A stretch of 33,993 nt of DNA from Candidatus Woesearchaeota archaeon (GTDB taxonomy: Archaea; Nanobdellota; Nanobdellia; Woesearchaeales; UBA10216): assembly GCA_016211185.1 (NCBI GenBank), contig JACQST010000059.1, positions 1 to 33,993 of the forward strand, written 5' to 3'. A program made the position numbers and the translations under genes. Under the pieces are notes generated by a model. That model did no database searches, was not told the DNA's origin, and was given only the letters and a program-made list of their open reading frames with translations. The stretch's first letter is position 1; every line of letters begins with the position of its first letter. This document shows positions 1 through 8,341 of the stretch, one piece after another.

Positions 1-4
1 CCAG

Positions 5-36
5 TCAATGCAGGAACAACTCCTGCATTGATTTTT
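5..36 (+). terminator. Terminator-like hairpin followed by T-run
   Basis: Perfect 11-bp inverted repeat TCAATGCAGGA-acaac-TCCTGCATTGA (5-31), then TTTTT; lies downstream of the minus-strand dinB stop. Confidence 0.35.
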
Positions 37-112
37 CTAAACACTTTCAAGTGAAGAATCATCCAATCGGAGATACTGATGCAGGATTCATAGAGACCGG
101 ATGCTTGCCGTC

Positions 113-1186
113 TCATGCCAGGAACTCGCTGACAGTCCTCTGCATGGCCTTTCTGGGCTTCAGGCTGGAGACCCTGACTCCTATCTGCCTTATTTTTCTT
201 TGCCCAAGGAACTGCTGAAGAAGGCTTTTAGCGGTTTCCGTTATCGCCTCCGGGCCTTTGCTTTGTGCCTTGAGGGTTTTTTCCCTTGTATGCGTCTCGA
301 AATTGGAATACCTTACCCTTACCCCTGCTGTCTTGAATGTAAGACCTTCGCTTTCCAGGGATTCTGATATGTCTTCTGCCATCTCCTCTATCTTTTTATG
401 GAGCTGCGCAATATCTGCAGTGTCTTTCTCAAATGTTGTGTTGCGGTTTATTGACTTTATTTCGTGGCTTTCCTCGACTTCCTCCCAGTCTTTTCCCTGT
501 GCTGCGTCGTGGATGTATGCTCCGTATTTGCCGAATTCGCTTATCAGGACCTCCCTTGCCTGTGCTGCGAGTTCGCCTGCGGTTCTTATTCCGAGCTTCT
601 GGAGCCTTTCGTTTGTTTTTGGCCCTATCCCCGGTATCTTTATGGCTGGCAGGTTTTGGAGGAATTCTTTTGCTTCGTGAGGGGATACTTTGGTTATGCC
701 TCCGGGCTTTTTGGTGTCTGAAGCGATTTTGGCAATTAGCTTGTTTGGCCCTATGCCTATGCTGCAGCTCAGGTTCTCCTCTGTGTTTATCTCTTTCTGT
801 ATGTCTTCAGCAATCTTGTGGGCATGCTCGTAGTCTTTTGCGCTGCTGCTTATGTCGAGGTATGCCTCGTCTATGCTTGCCTGTTCGAATCTTTCACAGT
901 AAGCTCTTAGCCTGCCCATTACCTGTTCAGAGGCTTCGATGTAAAGGGTCATGTTTACTGGCAGGTATGTTGCCTGCGGGCATAGCCTGTACGCTATGGA
1001 GATGGGCATTGCAGACTTAACTCCGAATTTGCGGGCCTCGTAGCTCGCTGTGCTTACAACACCCCTTCCGAGACCCTGTTTAGGCTCTGCTCCCACTACG
1101 ACTGGCTTTCCTCTCAGCTCGGGGTTGTTTCTTGCCTCTACCGAAGTGAAGAAGCTGTCCATATCAACATGAAGGATTATTTTCAT
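113..1186 (-). CDS. dinB: DNA polymerase IV (Y-family, DinB/Dbh)
   Basis: IILHVDMDSFF, SYEARKFGVKSAMP, SIDEAYLD, KLIAKIASD..KPGG, IPGIG and little-finger RQIGVRVS. Start set at ATG 1186, 31 nt from TTTATAAA (1217-1210). Confidence 0.95.
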   Translation of the reverse strand: MKIILHVDMDSFFTSVEARNNPELRGKPVVVGAEPKQGLGRGVVSTASYEARKFGVKSAMPISIAYRLCPQATYLPVNMTLYIEASEQVMGRLRAYCERFEQASIDEAYLDISSSAKDYEHAHKIAEDIQKEINTEENLSCSIGIGPNKLIAKIASDTKKPGGITKVSPHEAKEFLQNLPAIKIPGIGPKTNERLQKLGIRTAGELAAQAREVLISEFGKYGAYIHDAAQGKDWEEVEESHEIKSINRNTTFEKDTADIAQLHKKIEEMAEDISESLESEGLTFKTAGVRVRYSNFETHTREKTLKAQSKGPEAITETAKSLLQQFLGQRKIRQIGVRVSSLKPRKAMQRTVSEFLA

Positions 1187-1251
1187 GCGCCTTCTGATGT
1201 GCACGCAGGTTTATAAATGATTTGAAGGCAGGTGTCCAGTGGGCAGTGCCT

Positions 1252-1305
1252 TTAGTTGAGTGCGGCATTGACGGCATCTCGCTGAACCCTGACGCCATTA
1301 TCAAA
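1252..1305 (+). pseudogene. Remnant resembling the C-terminus of phosphoenolpyruvate synthase
   Basis: Encodes LVECGIDGISLNPDAIIK, matching the PpsA C-terminal motif LVxxGIDSISLNPDA; the rest of the gene is absent. Confidence 0.6.
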
Positions 1306-1417
1306 GAAGTAAACAAAAAGCATGGTTCAAATTTAAGCCCAAGGCTTAGAGCCGCACCGGGCCATTTAGCTGAGCGAAAGGCAAACTGTTTAGAAAGAGC
1401 TTAAAATGGCTGTCTGA

Positions 1418-2134
1418 CTACAACTCAAGCCTTCTCTGCTTGCTGTCGAACTTCTCGAGGTATTTTGGCGGGCTTATCCTCCTGAACTCATATCCGAGCT
1501 TCTGAAGCATCTCCTCTGCTGATGGAGTGAGCCTTGGCGCGGCTATTATTCCCCTGATGCGGCTGAGCCCCTTGTCGTGCTTTACCTTGTCCGCATATCT
1601 CTTTAGCTGGTCAACTGCCTTCGGGTCTGCAGCATAGCGCTTGCATTCAACCACCACAAGCGTTCTGTTCTGGTCGTACCCGAACACGTCTATGAACCCG
1701 AACTTCGTGTGCTCCTCTGTGCTCAGCGGCCTGAACCCTTTCTCTATCAAGTCTGGGTCGTTGTATATCATCTGGGACATCTCCCGTTCAGAGCCGGTTA
1801 TCTGAAGCTTCTGCCCGTCTGACAGCTCGTGCGCCCTGAAAAAGTGTATCCTGTTCAGCGCTATGTTCATGTATTCCTTTTCATTCCTGCAGCTTAACAA
1901 GGTCCTGTTGGCTTCGGTTGTTATATCGTATCTTGTGCCTTCCTTCATGTAGTTTACCGGTGTGCTTCCATGGGGCTGGTGCACCAACAGCGTTTTGTCT
2001 GCCTTTATCATTATGATGCGGTCACCATCTGGCAGGAAACTCTCTGCTCTTCCGCTGTAGGATATGTTGCAGTTCGCCGCTATCATCACTGTTTTTCCGT
2101 TCTGCAACGCATTTGACAACTCTGCAGGGTTCAT
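1418..2134 (-). CDS. nucS: Endonuclease NucS/EndoMS
   Basis: Y.GRAES.L..GDRII.IK.D.TLLVH, PVNY, and RecB-like G.IDV.G.D...VVVECKR, AV.QL.RY. Confidence 0.93.
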   Translation of the reverse strand: MNPAELSNALQNGKTVMIAANCNISYSGRAESFLPDGDRIIMIKADKTLLVHQPHGSTPVNYMKEGTRYDITTEANRTLLSCRNEKEYMNIALNRIHFFRAHELSDGQKLQITGSEREMSQMIYNDPDLIEKGFRPLSTEEHTKFGFIDVFGYDQNRTLVVVECKRYAADPKAVDQLKRYADKVKHDKGLSRIRGIIAAPRLTPSAEEMLQKLGYEFRRISPPKYLEKFDSKQRRLEL

Positions 2135-2276
2135 AGCCTTTCTTCCTTTTTGGTTAGTATTTATGTTTTTGCCACTCTCCAGCGCACTTGTAAATTCTAA
2201 ATTTGCACAAATCAGCCCGAATAGGATAACTTAATAGTGACGAAAACTTTAAATACGTGTGCTTTTTCCTGAAACT

Positions 2277-2795
2277 ATGCAATCTTACCTTGGGGATAAA
2301 AGCTATTCTGAGTTGCATTATGCAAGAATGCCTCGGTTTGATGAGCAGGCTGACCCGTATGAAATGGCAGCCAGACGTTATCTTGAACTTGCCGAGTATT
2401 CTGCCGAAGGCCTTATACTCCTTAGGAATCCCGGGCTGAGGAGTGCTTATAACCCTGATATGCAGTATCGTCGTGGCTTGGGCGGCGCGCTGGCATATTT
2501 GGAAGGCTTCAGGGAGTTCTCCGAATTAACAGGGGCTTCAGTTCCTGTTGATAGAGTTTCTTCAACTGCCCAGAGGGTTTACGGCATTGCCTTGGAAAAC
2601 CTGTTTTTCCCTCTTGTTGAGAGGTGGGGTAACTCTTCTTGGGTGCATAGGACGCGAAGGCTCGCAAATGACATAAAGGGAGCTGTCGGCACAGAACTTC
2701 AGTTACAGTTAACACCGACGGGAGCTGAGCTTGAGAAAATAATCTCGTTTGCTGTTGCAAGAGGCGTGCCTGTGTATAATATGCAGGATGTTTAG
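2277..2795 (+). CDS. Hypothetical protein
   Basis: ORF with TTTAAATA at 2248, 29 nt before ATG 2277; no clear family. Confidence 0.65.
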   Translation: MQSYLGDKSYSELHYARMPRFDEQADPYEMAARRYLELAEYSAEGLILLRNPGLRSAYNPDMQYRRGLGGALAYLEGFREFSELTGASVPVDRVSSTAQRVYGIALENLFFPLVERWGNSSWVHRTRRLANDIKGAVGTELQLQLTPTGAELEKIISFAVARGVPVYNMQDV

Positions 2796-2824
2796 TGGCT
2801 GCTTTTTTTGCGGTTACTTTGCTT

Positions 2825-3472
2825 TTATCTCATGGGCACAAACACGAACTCGCCAAGTTCCTGCTTCTGCAGCTTACCTTTCTTCTTTGTGGCTTTGGTT
2901 AGTGTCTGGCTGTAGGTTCCGCCTATTGGAGCAACTATTATGCCGTTTTCCTTGAGTTGCTCTATCAGAGCGTTCGGTATTTCTCTTGCTGCGGCAGAGA
3001 CAACTATCCTGTCGTATGGCGATGCCTCTTTGTAGCCCTTGCTTCCGTCCTTGCATATGACTCTGCAGTTTTTTATGGCTGCCTTTGCGAGGCTTGCGGC
3101 TGCTGTTTGTGCAAGTTCCGGTATGATTTCGGTTGAATATATTTTTCCAGGGCTTATTGCCTTTGCTATTATCGCGGCCTGGTATCCAGAGCCTGCCCCG
3201 ACTTCAAGGGCATTCATGCCTTTTTTCAGCTCAAGTGCCTGAGTTATTATCATTACTGTTGTTGGCTGGGAGATTGTCTGTCCTGCCGAGATTGGGAGTG
3301 CGTTGTCGTGATACGCCTGTTCCCTGTATTGCTCAGGCACGAATATCTCTCTAGGAACCGAGCTGAATGCCTTTAGTGCAGTATTGTCTGTTATGAGGCC
3401 TGTAGTTTTCCATCTGTCAAGAAGTAGCTTCCTTTCTTGTTTCAGCCTTTCGGCCTGATTATCCCGTACCAT
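2825..3472 (-). CDS. pcm: Protein-L-isoaspartate O-methyltransferase
   Basis: VPRE.FVP, AY.D.ALPI..GQTISQP, LEVGAGSGYQAA, PYDRIVVSAA, FVFVPM. Confidence 0.95.
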   Translation of the reverse strand: MVRDNQAERLKQERKLLLDRWKTTGLITDNTALKAFSSVPREIFVPEQYREQAYHDNALPISAGQTISQPTTVMIITQALELKKGMNALEVGAGSGYQAAIIAKAISPGKIYSTEIIPELAQTAAASLAKAAIKNCRVICKDGSKGYKEASPYDRIVVSAAAREIPNALIEQLKENGIIVAPIGGTYSQTLTKATKKKGKLQKQELGEFVFVPMR

Positions 3473-4098
3473 TGGTATATTGCCTTTTCAGCTGCCCGGA
3501 TAAGGTCTTCGCCTCTGCCTTTTACTGTTGCGCAGTTTCCCCTCAGCTCTATGCCTGGCTTGTCGTCTGTTTTTATGTATATAACTGAAAGATTGCTGTT
3601 TGATTCCCTGCACGTTATTATTGGCCGTTCGCTGCATGCCTCTGTTGTGTTTGAGGTGCAGGCAGCTACCGGCGCAACATCAAATGTGTTCACAAGGCTA
3701 AGGCTGAGCTCTGTTGCTGAAAGCGCAGTGTATTCCAGCCCGCTCTCTGCAGGGTCGAATGTTATGTATGTCTGTTCTGTCGCGAACCATTCATCATCTC
3801 CTGACACAGTTATGTTTTCCACTTGCAGGGGGTTGTAGTGCAGCCTCAAGTTGTATAGCTGCCTGTCTTTTTCCCATTGCGTGTTCCACAGCCCTGCATA
3901 GTTCTCAAACTTGAAGCCGTTATAGGTTACTGTTTCCGGCCCTGGCTGTGGGGCAAGCAGCCTGAAGCTCAGCACAACTATTGTCAGGATTATTACTGCT
4001 GCGGCAAGCATTAGGAAATGCTTTGTGCTGCTGTCCTTCTCCTCTTCATGTGCTTGGCTCTGCTCCTGCGTGTTTTTTTTATCCTGCTCTGTTTCCAT
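3442..4098 (-). CDS. Membrane-anchored Cys-containing hypothetical protein (paralog of 4079-4660)
   Basis: Single N-terminal TM helix; TYNGFKF, PIITC, C.TVKG...L.RAAE..IY.WYGI. Confidence 0.8.
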   Translation of the reverse strand: METEQDKKNTQEQSQAHEEEKDSSTKHFLMLAAAVIILTIVVLSFRLLAPQPGPETVTYNGFKFENYAGLWNTQWEKDRQLYNLRLHYNPLQVENITVSGDDEWFATEQTYITFDPAESGLEYTALSATELSLSLVNTFDVAPVAACTSNTTEACSERPIITCRESNSNLSVIYIKTDDKPGIELRGNCATVKGRGEDLIRAAEKAIYQWYGIIRPKG

Positions 4099-4660
4099 CA
4101 GTCACTCCAAGCAGCCTGTAGAGGACTGCATCCCTTGCCCTTACAAAATCGTCCTGGCTTTCAGCCTGTATTACTATGCAGCCGCCTTTTTCGTAGATTG
4201 CCGAATCTCCTTCCTGCATCAGTATGACTGGCACAAAGCTGGTTGCGTTTTCGCAGGTTATTACAGGAAGCCCTGTCGAGTTCTGCAGGAAGCCTTGTAC
4301 TGAGAATATTCCCTTGTGCTCAAGCAGCGCCTTGCTTATGTCAAACTGGACTGATGCGATTGTTCCGGAATGGTTGCTGTAGTAGTCTGACGTCATGTAT
4401 GCCATTCTTGTGTCCTTGAGCCTGTCTGTTGCGGTTTGGTTAAGCAGCTCTTTTATCTCGTCAGGGAAGTATGTGAACGGAACGTATTTCCCGTCTATCC
4501 TTGTTACAAGGCTTCCATCCAGTTGCCTTTCGAACCTGTGGCCATTGTAGCTTATTGCTGATGTGCTGCCGCCGTAGTTCACGAACACAAACCCTATGAC
4601 ACTTGTTACTGTGATGAACCCCACTACCAAGGCAAGCAGCACTTTCTTTGCGTCAGCCAT
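4079..4660 (-). CDS. Membrane-anchored Cys-containing hypothetical protein (paralog of 3442-4098)
   Basis: N-terminal TM; SYNGHRF, PVITC, CIVIQA....F.RARD.VLY.LLGV; ATG 4660 is about 31 nt from an AT-rich TATA-like element. Confidence 0.8.
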   Translation of the reverse strand: MADAKKVLLALVVGFITVTSVIGFVFVNYGGSTSAISYNGHRFERQLDGSLVTRIDGKYVPFTYFPDEIKELLNQTATDRLKDTRMAYMTSDYYSNHSGTIASVQFDISKALLEHKGIFSVQGFLQNSTGLPVITCENATSFVPVILMQEGDSAIYEKGGCIVIQAESQDDFVRARDAVLYRLLGVTDGNRAG

Positions 4661-4770
4661 TAATTTTGAAGAAGGAGTCCTCTTTTTAATAGTTTTGCTG
4701 GCTTGCTGCACATCGCTTCATAATTGGCAGGCAGGAATATTTATATAAGCAGACAGTCCTTCGCAGACTG

Positions 4771-5463
4771 ATGGGTGCGCATGGATCTCTTGTAAAGCTT
4801 GAGGATGTCTGGAAGACTTACCTGCTTGGTGACGTGCGGGTTGATGCGCTTCGCGGGCTTAGCCTTGAGGTGAGGAGGGGAGAGTTTGTTGCTGTCCAGG
4901 GTCCGAGCGGAAGTGGCAAGTCCACTGCCATGAACCTTATCGGTTGCCTTGATTATCCGAGCAGAGGCAAGGTTTACCTCGATGGCCATGACATTGCGCG
5001 GCTGTCAGAGAGTGAGCTTGCGCAGGTGAGGGGCAGAAAAATTGGGCTGGTTTTCCAGCAGTTTAATCTTATACCCAGCCTTTCCGCACTGGAGAACGTT
5101 ATGCTTCCCATGATTTTCCAGGGAACTGTCCGTGATAAGAGGTTTAAGCGGGCTGAGATGCTGCTCAGGATGGTCGGGCTTGGTGACAGGTCCAGCCACA
5201 AGCCCAAGGAGCTTTCCGGGGGACAGCAGCAGCGTGTCGCCATTGCGAGGTCATTGGCAAACGACCCTGAGCTGATACTTGCCGATGAGCCTACAGGCAG
5301 CCTTGATTCTGCAACAGGGATTCAGATAATGGATTTGCTAATAGAGCTGAGAGGGAAGGAAAGCAAGACTGTTGTTCTTGTAACCCACGAGGACAGGCTC
5401 GCTGGCATGGCTGACAGGGTTGTCTACATGGTGGACGGGAGGAACGTGAGGAAAAATGCTTAA
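4771..5463 (+). CDS. ABC transporter ATP-binding protein (LolD/MacB/SalX-like)
   Basis: Walker A GPSGSGKS, Q-loop FQQFNL, signature LSGGQQQRVAIAR, Walker B ILADEPTG, H-switch VTH. Confidence 0.95.
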   Translation: MGAHGSLVKLEDVWKTYLLGDVRVDALRGLSLEVRRGEFVAVQGPSGSGKSTAMNLIGCLDYPSRGKVYLDGHDIARLSESELAQVRGRKIGLVFQQFNLIPSLSALENVMLPMIFQGTVRDKRFKRAEMLLRMVGLGDRSSHKPKELSGGQQQRVAIARSLANDPELILADEPTGSLDSATGIQIMDLLIELRGKESKTVVLVTHEDRLAGMADRVVYMVDGRNVRKNA

Positions 5464-6673
5464 GACTTCTCTCTTGCTGATTTTTTTGCTGGTTATGGTT
5501 ACAGTGCCTGCGCATTCGGAGATTCCGCAGGCCTCTGACATCAAAGTTACCCTTATTAACCAAGAGCCTGTTCCAGCTGAGCCTGGTGAGCACGTCATAT
5601 TGAGGTTCAGGATAGAGAATTTGGGCAGTGACCCTGCCAATGACGTGCGGTTCTCGCTTGTGCCCAACTTCCCTATCAGTATTCCAGAGTCTGAATCTGC
5701 TGAAAGGAACATCGGGACATTGGCCGGGCGCCAGAAGGACCGTGTTGGAGCTGTAGTGAGCTATGATGTTGTTGTTGACCCTGCTGCCGGCGAAGGCAAG
5801 GCTGATGTTTTTGTGAGATACTCTTATGGCTCGGTTGATGCCCGCACAGGCCCCTTTAACGTCAGCATCAGGGCAAGACAGGCTTCTGTGATAATAAGCT
5901 CTGCAGTGATGAGTCCTCCCGAGGTCCTTCCTGGCGGCTCTTCAAACCTGACGCTCATGCTTGTTAACACAGGCAAGAGCCTGCTTAAGTCTGTCCATGT
6001 CAAGCTTGAGCTCTCAGGCTCTGATTTGCCTTTTGCCCCGTTAGGCGCTGCGCAGGAGAAGTCAGTCGGGCAGCTTCTTCCTGAAGAGCCTTTTGCCATG
6101 CAGTTCGGCCTGATTGCGCTTCCAGAGGCTTCTGCCGGGGTTTATAAGATTCCCGTCAAGCTTAGCTATTCAGACCAGGTCGGCAAGAACTTCACACGGG
6201 ATGACATCATTTCCATGGCTATCGGTGGCGAGCCTTCAGTTATGCTTCTGGTTGGTGACGGGGTTGTTTTGAAGGAGTCTGAAACTGGCGACCTGAATGT
6301 CCAAATCGTCAATAACGGCCTTGTTGACCTGAAGCTTGCCACGATTGAGCTTGAGAAGTCGCCTGATTATGAGGTTTTGTCTCCGGCCCGGGTCTACATA
6401 GGCGACATTGATTCTGACGACTTCGACACAACCACATTCAAGGTTTACTTCAGGAAAAACGGGGTGATAAGAGTTCCGTTCACTGTCTCGTACAGGGACT
6501 CGAATAACGTTGAGCACGTTGGCAGGTTTGTTCTTGAACCAAGGGTTTTCAGCAGCAGCGAGGCGTCTGACTACGGATTTGAAGGCAGAGGATATTCCGG
6601 AATTATTGTGGCGGTGATTATTGTTATCTCTGGCCTCTTCATCTACAGCAGGTTCTTCAAGAAGCGACAATGA
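5456..6673 (+). CDS. COG1361-like S-layer-domain membrane-anchored protein (ABC accessory)
   Basis: Signal peptide, Q.P.PAEPG...L.F.IEN.G repeats of Ig-like domains, C-terminal TM plus basic tail; lies between ABC ATPase and permease. Confidence 0.8.
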   Translation: MLKTSLLLIFLLVMVTVPAHSEIPQASDIKVTLINQEPVPAEPGEHVILRFRIENLGSDPANDVRFSLVPNFPISIPESESAERNIGTLAGRQKDRVGAVVSYDVVVDPAAGEGKADVFVRYSYGSVDARTGPFNVSIRARQASVIISSAVMSPPEVLPGGSSNLTLMLVNTGKSLLKSVHVKLELSGSDLPFAPLGAAQEKSVGQLLPEEPFAMQFGLIALPEASAGVYKIPVKLSYSDQVGKNFTRDDIISMAIGGEPSVMLLVGDGVVLKESETGDLNVQIVNNGLVDLKLATIELEKSPDYEVLSPARVYIGDIDSDDFDTTTFKVYFRKNGVIRVPFTVSYRDSNNVEHVGRFVLEPRVFSSSEASDYGFEGRGYSGIIVAVIIVISGLFIYSRFFKKRQ

Positions 6674-7893
6674 TGCAGGACTATTTTTGGCTGGCTCTGA
6701 AGGGCATAAGGAACAGGCAGCTCAGGAGCTGGCTCACCATGATAGGCATCTTTATAGGGGTTGCTTCTGTTGTTGCGCTTATCAGCCTGGGACAAGGCCT
6801 TCAGGATGCCATCAACAGGGAGTTTGCCTCGTTTGGCGTTGACAAGCTCATCATCCAGGGAAAGAGCGCTGGCTTTGGCGCACCAGGAACCTTTTCAGCA
6901 GGCAAAGTGACTGAGCACGACATTGATGTTTTGGAGAGAGTTTCCGGCTCTGAAGTTGTTGCAGGAAGGCTGATTAAGACTGCGACGATAGGGTTCGGTG
7001 ATGAGCAGCAGGCCAGGGCTGTTCTAAGCATGCCGTCTGACAACAAGAAAGCTGAGCTGATAACTGAGGCTAACAACTACAAGATTCTGGATGGCCGCAT
7101 GCTGAAGGGCAGCGACAAGGACAAGGTCGTGGTCGGGTATTACTATGCATATGGCAGCAAGCTTTTCGCAAAGCCAGTCCTCACAGGGAACAAGGTAATC
7201 ATCAACGGCAGGAAGTTTGAGGTTGTGGGGGTTCTTGACAGGCTCGGAGACCCTTTCAGGGACCGAGCTGTTTTGATGAATCAGGATGTCATGGATGAGT
7301 TCTTTGAGACAGAAGGTGAGCTAAGCCTCCTTGTGGTTCAGGTGAAGGAAGGGCAGGACATGAACAGGGCTGCTGACGACATTGAGAGAGCCATGAGGAA
7401 GGACAGAAACCTTGATGAGGGCAAAGAGGACTTTGAAATCCAAACCCCACAGCAGCTCCTGCAATCTGTTACTGTCATAATAAATATTGTCCAGGCAGTT
7501 GTTATAGGAATAGCTGCCATAAGCATACTTGTAGGGAGCATCGGTATAATGAACACGATGTATACCGCTGTGATTGAGCGCACAAAGGAGATAGGCATAA
7601 TGAAGGCTACTGGCGCAAGGAACGAGCACATACTGCTCCTCTTCCTAACAGAATCAGGTCTTCTTGGAATGGCTGGCGGAGGGATTGGAGTGCTTATCGG
7701 CGTCAGCATAGGCAAGCTTGTTGAGTTCTCCGCATCCCAGTCCCTTGGCTCTGACCTCCTGCAGGCTTCTTTCCCATGGTACCTTATTGTTGGCGCCCTC
7801 CTTTTTTCCCTGGTTGTGGGCGCAATATCAGGAGTCCTGCCTGCCATGCAGGCCTCACGGCTGAAGCCTGCTGATGCGCTGAGGTATGAATAG
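6670..7893 (+). CDS. ABC transporter permease (MacB/FtsX family)
   Basis: RSWLTMIGIFIGVASVV, GIMNTMYTAVIERTKEIGIMKA.GA, PA..ASRL.P.DALRYE. Confidence 0.95.
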   Translation: MMQDYFWLALKGIRNRQLRSWLTMIGIFIGVASVVALISLGQGLQDAINREFASFGVDKLIIQGKSAGFGAPGTFSAGKVTEHDIDVLERVSGSEVVAGRLIKTATIGFGDEQQARAVLSMPSDNKKAELITEANNYKILDGRMLKGSDKDKVVVGYYYAYGSKLFAKPVLTGNKVIINGRKFEVVGVLDRLGDPFRDRAVLMNQDVMDEFFETEGELSLLVVQVKEGQDMNRAADDIERAMRKDRNLDEGKEDFEIQTPQQLLQSVTVIINIVQAVVIGIAAISILVGSIGIMNTMYTAVIERTKEIGIMKATGARNEHILLLFLTESGLLGMAGGGIGVLIGVSIGKLVEFSASQSLGSDLLQASFPWYLIVGALLFSLVVGAISGVLPAMQASRLKPADALRYE

Positions 7894-7907
7894 GAAAAGT
7901 TATTACG

Positions 7908-7979
7908 ATGCTTGCATCTGAAAAAGTTCTCGAAAGGGAGTGGGACAACAAGGCAGATGAGAGGTGGAATGATGTATGA
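7908..7979 (+). pseudogene. C-terminal remnant of an antitoxin
   Basis: MLASEKVLEREWDNKADERWNDV* resembles the 'LASE..L.+.W.....+.W' tail of antitoxins preceding MazF-type genes; it overlaps the toxin start and has no DNA-binding domain upstream (in-frame stop at 7887). Confidence 0.6.
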
Positions 7980-8067
7980 GCAGAGAGACATCGTCCTTGT
8001 TCCATTCCCTTATTCTGACCTTACAGGTGCCAAGCAGAGGCCTGCCCTGATAGTTTCGAATGAATAA
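7969..8067 (+). pseudogene. Truncated PemK/MazF-family toxin
   Basis: RBS GAGGTG (7961-7966); MMYEQRDIVLVPFPYSDLTGAKQRPALIVSNE followed by TAA TAA after 32 codons. Confidence 0.85.
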
Positions 8068-8341
8068 TAAGCTACTTGCAGCATATCGCGCAGGGTTCTG
8101 AACCGATCCTATTGGTGAACATACCAAAGCACTAGTATCTTTAACGTATGGCCTTGAACCGTATACAGTGGTATAACCGGTAACAGCTGCTTGAAATCCA
8201 AGTGCTGTATTGCATGTATTGAGCATGATCAGAATTCCACTCAATAAGTTAGAGGTAGCTCACTATCACCACTCATAGAAGATGGTGGAATTCTGAATTC
8301 AAAGGCAACTTTTATATATAGCCTGTTTTTCCTTCTCCCCC

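Noticed and set aside
1-116. Minus-strand frame starting at an ATGA overlap with the dinB stop (MRRQASGLYESC...)
   Set aside because: Only 38 codons are visible, there is no motif, and it crosses a terminator-like hairpin; cannot be judged at the window edge.
1372-1400. c-di-GMP-I riboswitch-like GGCAAAC...GAAA
   Set aside because: Lacks the GACGCAAAGC strand and P3, and there is no downstream + strand gene.
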